From Candidatus Lustribacter sp. (GTDB taxonomy: Bacteria > Vulcanimicrobiota > Vulcanimicrobiia > Vulcanimicrobiales > Vulcanimicrobiaceae): a DNA stretch of 64,000 bases. Shown here piece by piece: positions 21,494 through 31,386 of the stretch; the first letter of the stretch is position 1, and every line of letters starts with the position of its first letter. The stretch covers positions 2,592,001 through 2,656,000 of the forward strand of contig OZ255842.1 in assembly GCA_965277805.1 (NCBI GenBank). The letters run 5' to 3'. The translations under genes and the position numbers were made by a program. The notes under the pieces were generated by a model. It searched no databases, had not been told where the DNA came from, and saw nothing but the letters and a program-made list of their open reading frames with translations.

Positions 21494-24400
21494 CTACGCG
21501 TGCGCCGGCTGGCTGGCGCCGGGCCGGCCGTGGCCGTTGGTTCCGGCATGACCGTTGCTGCCGCCCGTACCGGCCGGATCGTGAGCGTCGTCGGCGGCGT
21601 GGAATTTCTCCGGCGCCAGCAAGACGTACATCACCGGGACCAGGACCAGTGTCAGGATAAGCGAGCTCGTGATGCCGCCGATGACGACGATGCCCAGCGG
21701 CGCGCGGCTCTGCGAGCCCGGTTCGAGCGCGAGAGCGAGCGGTATGTTGCCCGCAATGACCGAGATGCTGGTCATGATGATCGGCCGGAAGCGCGTGAAC
21801 GCGCTGCCGCAGATGGCGGCGACTTTATTCTCACCGCGTTCGCGCAGCGTGTTCGCGTAATCGACCAAGAGAATGCCGTTCTTGGTCACGATACCGACCA
21901 GCAAGATCGTGCCGATCAGCGAGTACAGGTTCAGGGTCGAGTGGGTCATCCAGAGCGCCCCGAGCGCACCGACGGCTGCCACCGGTACCGAGAACATGAT
22001 GATGAACGGCGAGCGGTAGCTATTGTAGAGCGCGACCATCAGCAAGAAGACCAGCATGATCGAGAGCACGAGGCTCGTGCCCAAGCCGACGAGCGTCTGC
22101 GCCATGAAGTCTTGCTGACCGAGCGGCCGGGGACGCACAACGATGTTCTTCGGCAGCGGCGGATTCATCGCACGAACGCGGTTGAGGAACTCGTTCTGCA
22201 CGTTCGAGAGCGATGCGTCCGAGGTGATGTTCGCGCTGAGATGGATGACCGTGTTGCGGTCGGTACGGGTGATCAGCGGTGAGACCGGATCCGACTGGAA
22301 GTGCGAGAAGTCGCTGAGCCGTACGAGTTGCCCCGTTGCCGATCGAACCGGCACGTTCCCGAGCTCGGCCAAATTCGTCTTGAGCTGGTTCGGATAGATG
22401 ACCTGAACTTGTTCGAGGCCATCGGGCGTTTCGAACTGCGTTGCCACGGCGCCGCCGAAGGCCGCACGGGCGGCGGTGGCCGCCGTGCCGATGCTCACGT
22501 TGAGCGCCTGCGCTTTGGCGCGATCGAAAATCACGTCCATTTGCGGTTCGAGCGCTTGCGAGGAACTGATCACGTTGCGCGCGCCGGGCGTGGCTTCGAG
22601 AATCTTTTGGATCTTGATGGCCGCGTCGGTCGGATCGCCGCCGGCGACGTCGGTGACGAGTTCGTCGAGCGGTTGCGTGTTACCGCCGGCCACGCCGGTC
22701 GACGGTACGACGATCGGGTCGATGTTCGGAACGACTTCCTTTGCCTCGCGCCTGAATTCGGCGACCCAATAGTCGGTCGACTTCACGCGGTCGGGTTTGA
22801 GCCAGATGTGGATCTGGCCGGAGTTCCCCTGAATGACGACGCCGCCGAACGGCGCCGCGTAAGCGCCCGCAACGGCCGTATCGTCATCGATGTCCGGGCT
22901 GGAGCGAACGCGCCGCTCGACCGCCAACACCGATTGCCGGGTGTACGCGATCGGGGTTCCGACCGGGAAGTTCAACTGAATGAAGAGCTCGCCGCGATCG
23001 ACCGGCGGGATGAATTCCTCACCGACGATGCCCAGCGGCACGAGCGCCAGTGCGCCGACGAACGACACGACGCAAACGCCGATGACGAGAACTTTGTGCC
23101 GTAAGCCCCACGGCAGAACGCGGTTCGCGTACCAATCGCGGACGTTGTCGAAGCCGACGCTAAACTTCTTGATGATCCACCAGGGTTTCCAGGTGGAGCG
23201 CAGCGCCCAGTTGCCGGCCAGCGACGGCGTGATCGTGAAGCACACGAACAGCGACGTGAGCGTCGCGATGACGACGACGATCGCGAACTCCGCGAGTTGA
23301 TGACCGATCTGGCTCTGGATGAACGAGATCGGCAAGAAGACGACGACGTCCACGAGCGTGATGACGATGGCTGCGACGCCGATTTCCGTACGGCCGGTGA
23401 TGGCGGCCTTCATGGGCGGTTCGCCCATCTCGTTATGCCGCCCGATATTCTCCAAAACGACGGTCGAGTCGTCGACGAGAATGCCGACGACGATCGTCAT
23501 GCCGAGCAGCGAGATCGTATCGAGCGTCAGGCCCAGCATCTTCATGACGAAGAGCGCCACACCGAGCGAGGCCGGGATCGCGATCAGCACGACGATGGCG
23601 TTGCGCCACGAGTGCAGGAAGAACAGCATCACGATGCCGGTAAGCACGACGCCTTCGAGCAGCGTGCGCATCACGCTGTCGAGTTGCTGTTCGGTGTACT
23701 TCGACTGGACGTTGATGACGTTGAAATTGATGTCGGGGAACTGCGTACGCACGCGCGGCAAGGCAGCCAGCACGTTGTCCGATGCATCGACTTCCGAAGC
23801 GTCGGAGGTCTTCTGAATCTGGAGGAACATACCGTTGATGCCGTTGACCGAACCATACTGGCGGCGCGGCTCGTAGCTCGCCGACACCGTTGCGACATCG
23901 GAGAGGCGCAGCACGGCACTGGCCGACGTCCAAGGATTGGGAGCGCCGACGGTGCCGTTGATCGGGCCGACGATGCCGGTGGTGGTCGGGGTGCCGCTCG
24001 ACGGGACCGAAATCGGCAAGCCGAGGATCGACGAGGGATCCATGATGTCGCCGCGGATGTCGACGTTCGTCTCGCGGTCTTCGGCTGAGACGATGCCACC
24101 CGGCGCGCGCACGTTGCTGGCGCTGACCGTGTTGACGACGTCGGTCAGCGTGAGGTGGTAGGCCTCGAGCCGGCGCGGATCGACGGTGACTTCATAGGCG
24201 GCCGTGACGCTGCCGTTCGGGGTGACGAACGAAACGCCCGGAATTTGCTGGAAGAACGGTTCGACGCGGCCGACTGCTTTGAGGCCGAGTTCGCTCGCCG
24301 TCAGCGACGACGACGTGAGCGAGAGCGTGACGACGATCGACTCACTGGGGTCGCGCACGTTGATCGACGGCGCCGTGAGATCGCTCGGTAGCGCTTTGCT

Positions 24401-24745
24401 GGCCTGCTGAATCGCCTTCTGGATGTTGACCAGGTCGGTGTTGACGTTCGAATTGATCGTGAAGATCGATGAGACCGTGGCCTGGCCGCCCTGAATCGTC
24501 GAGTTGAGCGTCTGCAGGTTGGGCGCACCGGCGATTTGATCTTCGATCGGCCGCACGATCGAGTCGCGCATGACCGTCGGGGATGCGCCGTTATAGTTGA
24601 CGGTGACGGTGACGGTGGGCTGCGAGACGTTCGGCGAGTACTGGCGGACGAGCGTTGACCACGCGATCGAGCCCGCCACCGCGATGAGTGCCAGCAGCAC
24701 GAAGACCAGCGTCGGACGCCGGACGAAGAGGCCCGTCAACCACAT
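21494..24745 (-). CDS. RND efflux permease (AcrB/AcrD/AcrF family)
   Basis: 1083 aa; GILVDDSTVVLENI, GIVTKNGILLVDYA, RFRPIIMTS. Confidence 0.95.
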   Translation of the reverse strand: MWLTGLFVRRPTLVFVLLALIAVAGSIAWSTLVRQYSPNVSQPTVTVTVNYNGASPTVMRDSIVRPIEDQIAGAPNLQTLNSTIQGGQATVSSIFTINSNVNTDLVNIQKAIQQASKALPSDLTAPSINVRDPSESIVVTLSLTSSSLTASELGLKAVGRVEPFFQQIPGVSFVTPNGSVTAAYEVTVDPRRLEAYHLTLTDVVNTVSASNVRAPGGIVSAEDRETNVDIRGDIMDPSSILGLPISVPSSGTPTTTGIVGPINGTVGAPNPWTSASAVLRLSDVATVSASYEPRRQYGSVNGINGMFLQIQKTSDASEVDASDNVLAALPRVRTQFPDINFNVINVQSKYTEQQLDSVMRTLLEGVVLTGIVMLFFLHSWRNAIVVLIAIPASLGVALFVMKMLGLTLDTISLLGMTIVVGILVDDSTVVLENIGRHNEMGEPPMKAAITGRTEIGVAAIVITLVDVVVFLPISFIQSQIGHQLAEFAIVVVIATLTSLFVCFTITPSLAGNWALRSTWKPWWIIKKFSVGFDNVRDWYANRVLPWGLRHKVLVIGVCVVSFVGALALVPLGIVGEEFIPPVDRGELFIQLNFPVGTPIAYTRQSVLAVERRVRSSPDIDDDTAVAGAYAAPFGGVVIQGNSGQIHIWLKPDRVKSTDYWVAEFRREAKEVVPNIDPIVVPSTGVAGGNTQPLDELVTDVAGGDPTDAAIKIQKILEATPGARNVISSSQALEPQMDVIFDRAKAQALNVSIGTAATAARAAFGGAVATQFETPDGLEQVQVIYPNQLKTNLAELGNVPVRSATGQLVRLSDFSHFQSDPVSPLITRTDRNTVIHLSANITSDASLSNVQNEFLNRVRAMNPPLPKNIVVRPRPLGQQDFMAQTLVGLGTSLVLSIMLVFLLMVALYNSYRSPFIIMFSVPVAAVGALGALWMTHSTLNLYSLIGTILLVGIVTKNGILLVDYANTLRERGENKVAAICGSAFTRFRPIIMTSISVIAGNIPLALALEPGSQSRAPLGIVVIGGITSSLILTLVLVPVMYVLLAPEKFHAADDAHDPAGTGGSNGHAGTNGHGRPGASQPAHA

Positions 24746-24748
24746 ATG

Positions 24749-26089
24749 TTAGCGCTCCGCTACGGTGCGGCGCCTGCGTCCGCCGCCGGGAGTGGCCGGC
24801 TCGGCAGGCTGACCATCACTCAGCCCGAGTTGGCCGTTGATCACGATTTGTTCGCCAGGATGCACACCCTGGACGATCGCATTCTTGTTGTCTTCCGCGA
24901 CCATCGTGACGGGGATCGTCTTGATCACGCCGAGCGGCGGGCCGCCCTGCGGGTCGGGCCGCTTCACGATCGTCTGCACGGTCGTCTGCGTGTCGTCGGT
25001 AAAAGACGTGCGCGGAATGCTGATGCCGCTCGTCATCGGCTGCTGAACTTGTCCGGTGACGACCATGCCGGAGTGAAACTGATTGCCGGGATTCGGCAGC
25101 ACGGCCTTGATGACGAAATTGGTCGAGCCCGGCGTGAGCTGATCGAGCACGGCGGAAACGCGGGCCGTGCCGTGCAGCGTCGCGTGATCGCTCGAGACCA
25201 CCTTGACCGGCGAACCGGTTTGCACGCCGACGATCTGACCGCCGGAACCGTTGAGCACCGCGTACACCTTGTCGGTTTCTTGCAGCGTGAAGATCTGGCG
25301 CGTGCCGGGATACTCGCCCGGGTTGATGTTGCGGTTCACGACCACGCCGTCGATCGGCGAAACGATTGCGGCTTTCGCAATCTGCACGCGCAACTGGTTG
25401 GCGGCGCCCATCGCGGTCTGTTCGGCCGCCCGCACGGATTCGATCGTCTCACCTTGTAACCCGGACGACGTCGTGCCGTTGGCCTGAACTTGCTGGATCG
25501 TGTTCTGCAGGTTGACCTGGGCCGAACGCACGGCTTGCGTGTCGTTCATGACCACCGTGTTCTGCTGATCGTAGGTCGACTGCGCGACGTAGCCGGACTT
25601 TAGCAATTGCGCGTCGCGGCTCAACGTAATCTTGTCGTTGGTCAGCGTCTGCTGCGCCTGACGGACGGTAGCTTGCGCCGAATTGATCGAGTTGTTGTTT
25701 TGTACGATCGTGAGACCCGACTGCATGTACGTCTGCTTCGTCTTAGCCTGATCGCTCTGCACGGTACCGAGCGCCGACTGCAATTGGGCGGCGAGATCCT
25801 GGGTGTCGAGTTGTGCGAGCAACTGACCCTTGGAGACGTGCTGCCCCTCTTGGACCAGCACGGTGTCGGCCGGTTCAACGAGGGTCGAGGTGATTTGTAC
25901 GTTTTGGAACGGCACGATCAGACCGCCGAGTGTGCTCTTCGGGACCACCGATCCGGGGACCGCAGCCACAACCGGGATCTGCGCCGTCGCGACTCTCCGG
26001 GGCTGCTGCGCATGACTGCACCCTGCGAAAAACAGGGCGGCGGCCAGCGCTACAACGACCGTCCTTAAAGGGCGGCTATTATCGCACAT
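24749..26089 (-). CDS. RND periplasmic adaptor subunit (lipoprotein)
   Basis: Lipobox FAGC; VLVQEGQHVSKGQLLAQLD, IVSPIDGVV; start may be 26098. Confidence 0.9.
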   Translation of the reverse strand: MCDNSRPLRTVVVALAAALFFAGCSHAQQPRRVATAQIPVVAAVPGSVVPKSTLGGLIVPFQNVQITSTLVEPADTVLVQEGQHVSKGQLLAQLDTQDLAAQLQSALGTVQSDQAKTKQTYMQSGLTIVQNNNSINSAQATVRQAQQTLTNDKITLSRDAQLLKSGYVAQSTYDQQNTVVMNDTQAVRSAQVNLQNTIQQVQANGTTSSGLQGETIESVRAAEQTAMGAANQLRVQIAKAAIVSPIDGVVVNRNINPGEYPGTRQIFTLQETDKVYAVLNGSGGQIVGVQTGSPVKVVSSDHATLHGTARVSAVLDQLTPGSTNFVIKAVLPNPGNQFHSGMVVTGQVQQPMTSGISIPRTSFTDDTQTTVQTIVKRPDPQGGPPLGVIKTIPVTMVAEDNKNAIVQGVHPGEQIVINGQLGLSDGQPAEPATPGGGRRRRTVAER

Positions 26090-26337
26090 ATCCAGCATTG
26101 TACGCGTATTCCTATCGAGCGCTATCGCCAATTTCCCAGGAAAGTTCCCGCGGCGTCCCGCCCCCACTACGCCCTCCTGTTAAAATGTCCCGTTCAGTGG
26201 GATCGGCCTTGCAAAAAACTTACAGGCGGAGCCGGCATCGCCTAGGCCCCGCTTGCTATCCTTAATAGAAGCCGAATACGACCCGAGCAACAGGGGCAGG
26301 ACGGTCTCGCGGGTCGTTGAACCGATGCGGGTCGTGG

Positions 26338-26413
26338 TCCCGAATAGCTCAGTTGGTAGAGCAGCTGACTGTTAATCAGCGGGTCGTTGGTTCGAGTCCA
26401 ACTTCGGGAGCCA
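26338..26413 (+). tRNA. tRNA-Asn (GTT)
   Basis: TCCCGAATAGCTCAGTTGGTAGAGCAGCTGACTGTTAATCAGCGGGTCGTTGGTTCGAGTCCAACTTCGGGAGCCA; cloverleaf, encoded CCA. Confidence 0.97.
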
Positions 26414-26420
26414 GTTCGAC

Positions 26421-26458
26421 GAGGGGGTCCGGCAAAAGCTGGGTCCCCTCTCTCTTTT
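26421..26458 (+). terminator. Probable intrinsic terminator after tRNA-Asn
   Basis: GAGGGGGTCCGGC-AAAA-GCTGGGTCCCCTC stem (with G-U pairs) followed by TCTCTTTT. Confidence 0.6.
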
Positions 26459-26537
26459 CCGGCATCCGAACGCTCGCAGCAAGGGCGCTCGGGTTTATGC
26501 TGTGGGAGTTAGCGAATCGTTTGGGGGAGCTGCTGCA

Positions 26538-26729
26538 ATGTTAAAGGCCGGCGATCATGTCTATATTGACGGGACCCGCGAAGAGGGCACGGTCAAAGAA
26601 GTTCATCCGCACGAGGTCGTCGTGCGCGTCAAGGCCGACGGCGGCGGGCACCAAGACAAGAAGTTTGCGCACGAAGATCTTCGCCTCGACCCGACGATGA
26701 ACGAGGCGAGCAAGTTCGTCGACCACTAG
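26538..26729 (+). CDS. Small hypothetical protein (SH3/KOW-like)
   Basis: MLKAGDHVYIDGTREEGTVKEV, GGGGAG RBS, coding-like codon use. Confidence 0.65.
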   Translation: MLKAGDHVYIDGTREEGTVKEVHPHEVVVRVKADGGGHQDKKFAHEDLRLDPTMNEASKFVDH

Positions 26730-28125
26730 TCAGAGCGACATGATCACGGATTTTACTTCCGTGTAGAGATCGAGCACTTCTTTGCCCTTTTCGCGGCCCC
26801 AGCCGGACTGCTTGAACCCGCCGAACGGCAGTGCCGGATCGACGCCGCCGTGCGTATTTACGCCGACCGTCCCCGAGCGAATGCGCCGCACCATCTTGTG
26901 TGCGGTGCTCAGGTCGCGCGTCCACACGCTGCCGGAGAGACCGTAGATCGTGTCGTTGGCTTCATCGGCGATGCGATCGAGATCGTCGTCGTTGAAGCTC
27001 ATCGCGCACAACACCGGCCCGAAGATCTCTTCACGAAACACCGACATATCGGTCTTGACGCCGGTGAGCACCGTCGGCGCAACGAAGTAGCCCTCATCGC
27101 CGACGCGTCGGCCGCCGGTGACGACCGTGACGCCGTCGGCGCGGCCTTGGTCGAGATAGCCCGTCACGCGATCGAACTGGTCTTGCGAAACGAGCGGGCC
27201 CATCTGCGAGCCTTCGGTCAGCCCGTGACCGACTTGAATCTTGCCGGCTTCGGCTGCGATGCCCTCGACGATGCGATCGAAGATTTTCTCGTGCGCGAAC
27301 AAGCGCGAACCCGCGGCGCATACTTGACCCGCGTTGTTGAAGATCGCGCGGGCCGCACCCGGGACGGCGACCGAGAGATCGGCATCGGGGAACACGATCA
27401 CGGGCGACTTGCCGCCGAGTTCGAGCGAGACTTTCTTGAAGTTGCCCGCGGCGGCTTGGATGATCAGCCGGCCGGTTTCGCCCGATCCGGTGAACGCGAC
27501 CTTATCGACGCCGCGATGCGCTGCGAGCGCGGCGCCGGCCGTTTCACCGAACCCGGGAACGATGTTGACGACGCCGTCGGGGATGCCGGCTTCGGCGAGT
27601 AACTCACCGAGCCGCAACGCGGTCAACGGCGTTTGCTCCGCCGGTTTCAAGACGACCGTGCAACCGGTGGCGAGCGCAGGCGCGAGTTTCCAAGCGCACA
27701 TCATGAGCGGCGCGTTCCACGGGATGATCTGTCCGACGACGCCGATCGGTTCGCGCACGGTGAACGCGTGAAACGTGCCCGGCGACGAGAGCGTGATCGT
27801 CTCGCCAGTGATTTTCGTCGCCCAGCCCGCGGTGTAGCGCAGGACGTCGGCGCTCGACTTTACCTCGAGCCGCGCCGAGGCAACGGGTTTCCCGTTGTTG
27901 AGCGATTCGAGTTGCGCGAGTTCTTCGGAGTGCTGCTCCAAGAGATCGGCGAGCTTCCAAATCATCTTGGTGCGATCGGCGGGCGTGACGCGGCTGATCG
28001 TATGTCTGAAACGTCTTACCGGACTGCGCGTCGACCCATTTGCCGTCGATGAGCAGCTGGTGCTTGCGCTGCAGAAAAGCCGTTGCGGCCGCGCCTACGC
28101 GCGGATCCAAGGTAATCGTCGTCAT
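26730..28125 (-). pseudogene. Aromatic/phenylacetaldehyde-type aldehyde dehydrogenase with N-terminal internal deletion and frameshift at about 27996
   Basis: LLIDGKWVDAQSGKTFQTYD in one frame joins directly to SRVTPADRTKMIWKLAD in another; downstream IIPWNAP, FTGS, LELGGKSP, GQVCAAGSR, EEIFGPV intact. Confidence 0.85.
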
Positions 28126-28298
28126 GCGCGTTTTTTTCCTCAGGCTCTTATCAAATGAGTACGGTGGGGCTCTTCCGAAAGCATGTACTCAGCCTCCTCC
28201 AGCGACGAAGCGAAACGTCCGCTCGCTTTTCTCCGCGCTCAGACCCCACTTAGCTTCGCGGATTACGGTGTATCTAGTTTGCCCGGCTTTTACGGAGC

Positions 28299-29381
28299 GT
28301 GGTCATTTTGCGTTCGTCTTTTCCCAGCCCATCACCGCAGCTGCTGGCGCTGACAACCGCGCTTCCCAGTAACGTTATCGAGCAGAGCAAAGCGGCTGAG
28401 ATGGCGCGCGCATTCTTCGGCGATCGCATGCCCCGCTACGACGCGCTCTCGCGGGTGTTCGCATCGACCGGCATCGAGCGCCGGTACTCCGTCATGCCGC
28501 TGGCTTGGTTCGGCCAGAGTCACGATTGGCCGGACCGCACCGCCTGCTACATCGACGGCGCGAGCCGGCTCTTCGAAGACGTCGTTCGCAAGGCGCTCGA
28601 TGCCGCGCAGCTCGATGCAAGCGAAATCGATGCGGTACTGACGGTCTCATCGACCGGCGTCGCAACACCGAGCCTCGAGGCGCGCGTACTGCCGGGCCTC
28701 GGCTTCCGGTCCGACGTTCGCCGGATTCCCATCTTCGGTTTGGGCTGCGCCGGCGGCGTGGCGGGGTTTGCCAATGCATCGCGCATTGCGGCGAGCGAAC
28801 CCGGCACCACCGTGTTGCTCGTGACGATCGAACTCTGCACGCTGGCGTTTCGCCTCGACCGGGCGGAAAAGGCGGATATCGTTTCCGCAGCTCTGTTCGG
28901 CGATGGCGCGGCCGCAGCAATCTTTCGCAGCGGCGACGGCCCGGCCATCGGACGCGTCGGCGGCGCGACCGAGCATCTGTGGGAAAATACGCTCGACATC
29001 ATGGGCTGGTCCACCGACCCGGCCGGGCTCGGCGTGATTCTCTCGCGCTCGTTGCCCGATTTCGTCGCGCAGAACTATCGGCTCGAGTACGATCGCGGCA
29101 TGCACCGCCTCGACCTCGCGCCGGCCGATATCGCGCGCGTCGTTTGTCACCCCGGCGGAACGAAGGTGCTCGAAGCGATCGAATCCTCGCTCGATCTCCC
29201 GGCGGGAACGTTCGATCTCGAGCGCTCCGTGATGCGGGACTTCGGCAACATGTCGTCACCGACCGTGCTCTTCGTGCTCGAACGCCTGCTGACGGAGGGA
29301 TTCGAAGGAACGGCCGTGCTGGCGGCCCTCGGCCCCGGTTTCACTGCATCGTTCGCGACACTGAACGTCGGCGATGTCTAA
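28299..29381 (+). CDS. Type III polyketide synthase (SrsA/BcsA-like alkylresorcinol/alkylpyrone synthase)
   Basis: Catalytic triad in GLGCAGG, CHPGG, GNMSS; ALFGDGAAA; ALGPGF. Confidence 0.93.
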   Translation: MVILRSSFPSPSPQLLALTTALPSNVIEQSKAAEMARAFFGDRMPRYDALSRVFASTGIERRYSVMPLAWFGQSHDWPDRTACYIDGASRLFEDVVRKALDAAQLDASEIDAVLTVSSTGVATPSLEARVLPGLGFRSDVRRIPIFGLGCAGGVAGFANASRIAASEPGTTVLLVTIELCTLAFRLDRAEKADIVSAALFGDGAAAAIFRSGDGPAIGRVGGATEHLWENTLDIMGWSTDPAGLGVILSRSLPDFVAQNYRLEYDRGMHRLDLAPADIARVVCHPGGTKVLEAIESSLDLPAGTFDLERSVMRDFGNMSSPTVLFVLERLLTEGFEGTAVLAALGPGFTASFATLNVGDV

Positions 29382-29895
29382 CGGCCTGCTGCTTCTCGTT
29401 TACGTAACGCTCCAGCGCCTCGTCGAACTCGTGATAGCGCAGCGCAACACGCGCAGACTGCTCGCGAGCGGCGCCTACGAAGCCGGCGCCGGACACTACC
29501 CCATCATGATCGCGCTCCACGCGACGTGGCTGCTGACCCTGTGGATCTTCGGCTGGAACCGGACGCTGGTGCCGGTATTCGTCGCGTTCTTCATCGTCTT
29601 GCAATTCGGCCGATATTGGGTGCTGCGAACGCTCGGCGCGCGCTGGACGACGCGCATCATCATCACGCCCTGGGCCGCACCCGTGACGTCAGGCCCGTTT
29701 CGCTTCGTGCGGCACCCGAATTATCTCGTCGTCGCGTTCGAGCTGCCGTGCGTCTCGCTGGCGCTCGGTCTCGTTTGGCACGCGCTGGTTTTCGGCGTGC
29801 TCAACCTCATGATGATCGCATGGCGCATCCGGTCCGAGAACGCTGCGTTCGACGTGCTCGGGACAAAAGCCGACGCCGAACACGCGCGCCAGTAG
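29374..29895 (+). CDS. Isoprenylcysteine carboxyl methyltransferase family protein (SrsB-like)
   Basis: QRLVELVIAQRN, LGARWTTRI, GPFRFVRHPNY, RIRSEN. Confidence 0.9.
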   Translation: MSNGLLLLVYVTLQRLVELVIAQRNTRRLLASGAYEAGAGHYPIMIALHATWLLTLWIFGWNRTLVPVFVAFFIVLQFGRYWVLRTLGARWTTRIIITPWAAPVTSGPFRFVRHPNYLVVAFELPCVSLALGLVWHALVFGVLNLMMIAWRIRSENAAFDVLGTKADAEHARQ

Positions 29896-31056
29896 CAACG
29901 GAAAGACCGGGATCGCGGCCAGCACGCGAACGAGCCAGTGCGCGTCGGAGAACGTTCCCTCAGCCGCCAGGACGCGATCGAAGATCAACCGCTGCAGCAT
30001 CGCCTGCATGCCTTGCGTCAAGCGCGCCGGACGCTCGCGCCGGGCTTGCACGCCCGCGAGATCCCGCTCCGAAACAACGCCACGACGTAGCGGCTTCGCT
30101 AGACGGTTGGCGGTGGCAACCGCATCCTGAATCGCAAGATTGACACCGACCCCGCCGACCGGCGAGGTCGCATGCGCCGCATCCCCGATGCACAGCAATC
30201 CGGGACGGTGCCACCGGCGCAGACGGTCGACCTTGACCGCAAGCACTTTGATGTCGTCCCAGCTCTGCAGTTCGCCGGCCCGGTCCGCGAACACCGGCAT
30301 CAATGCCGACACCCGTTCGCGCAGCAGCGCGAGGCCGGCCGCGCGAACCGCATCGTAGGTTCCTTTCCGGATGATGTAGCCGCACTGGTAGTACGTGCCG
30401 CAGTTGATCGCGACGAGGATGCGCCCGGCGTCAACGTAGCCGAGCAGAACCGCCGGATCGGCCGGATTGCGCGAGATGCGAAACCACAGGACATCGAGCG
30501 GCGCGCCCAATTCGACCGGCTGCAATTCCGAACGGCTGCGCATCGCCGAATGGCGCCCGTCGGCCGCAACGACCAGATCGGCGCCGATCGTCAGCGAGCC
30601 GTGCGGCGTCTGCGCACGAACTCCGGTCACGCGCGTTCCCGTCTCGACCAGGTCCGTCGCTTCGGCATTCATCTCGAGCCGAAACGCCGGCAGCGCGCGA
30701 GCGCGCTCCGCGAGAAAATTTAGGAAGTCCCATTGCGGCATGATGGCGATGAACTTGCACCGGCCCGGCACGTTGCGGAAATCGGCCGCGCGCATGAGCC
30801 GCGGTCCGACCATGCCGTGAAACGCGCGCAACTCCGCGTGCGGAAGCTGTAAGAAGTCGTCGAGGAGGCCGAGTTCGTCAAGCACCTGTAACGTCGACGG
30901 GTGCACCGTGTCGCCGCGAAAGTCGCGATGGAAATCCGCGTGCTTCTCGAGCACGACGACGTCAACGCCGGCACGGGCCAGCAGATAACCGAGCATGAGC
31001 CCGGCGGGGCCGCCGCCGACGATGCAACAGTCCGTCTCTCTACGCGCAGAACTCAT
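29689..31056 (-). CDS. FAD-dependent oxidoreductase/monooxygenase (UbiH-like)
   Basis: GGGPAG, DFRGDTVHPST, AADGRHS, IGDAAHATSPVGGVGVNLAIQDA. Confidence 0.9.
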   Translation of the reverse strand: MSSARRETDCCIVGGGPAGLMLGYLLARAGVDVVVLEKHADFHRDFRGDTVHPSTLQVLDELGLLDDFLQLPHAELRAFHGMVGPRLMRAADFRNVPGRCKFIAIMPQWDFLNFLAERARALPAFRLEMNAEATDLVETGTRVTGVRAQTPHGSLTIGADLVVAADGRHSAMRSRSELQPVELGAPLDVLWFRISRNPADPAVLLGYVDAGRILVAINCGTYYQCGYIIRKGTYDAVRAAGLALLRERVSALMPVFADRAGELQSWDDIKVLAVKVDRLRRWHRPGLLCIGDAAHATSPVGGVGVNLAIQDAVATANRLAKPLRRGVVSERDLAGVQARRERPARLTQGMQAMLQRLIFDRVLAAEGTFSDAHWLVRVLAAIPVFPLLLARVFGVGFCPEHVERSVLGPDAPCDHHEVEHAENQRVPNETERQRDARQLERDDEIIRVPHEAKRA

Positions 31057-31094
31057 GACGCAGCGGCCGGTCTCCTCGCGCTAGTATCGCTGGC

Positions 31095-31313
31095 TTACTG
31101 CATCGGCGGAATATCGGGCGTCGCTTGCGGCGTGCACTGGGGATGACCGCACTCGCACGCAACGTGCCGGTCTAGGCGAGCCAACTCCTCGCACCGCTTG
31201 CTGCAATATTCGGCGTTGGGATCGATCGGGCGCGTGCCCGCAGCAAGAACCTTTGAAGAGTATGGTCGTGTACAGAGACACGCGAGATATCCGCACGGTG
31301 CCGAATCACTCAT
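31095..31313 (-). CDS. Prokaryotic metallothionein-like protein
   Basis: 72 aa, 8 Cys and 2 His: CxxxxCxC...YCSxxC...CxCGHxxC. Confidence 0.75.
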   Translation of the reverse strand: MSDSAPCGYLACLCTRPYSSKVLAAGTRPIDPNAEYCSKRCEELARLDRHVACECGHPQCTPQATPDIPPMQ

Positions 31314-31386
31314 TATAGCGTGTTTCTTGCCCACATTTGGAGCCAGGCAATACTTGGCTCGCTAGCGTACACGAAGTCGCCGGCGC

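Noticed and set aside
26317-26544. 75-aa ORF over the tRNA
   Set aside because: It overlaps a clear tRNA-Asn and its terminator
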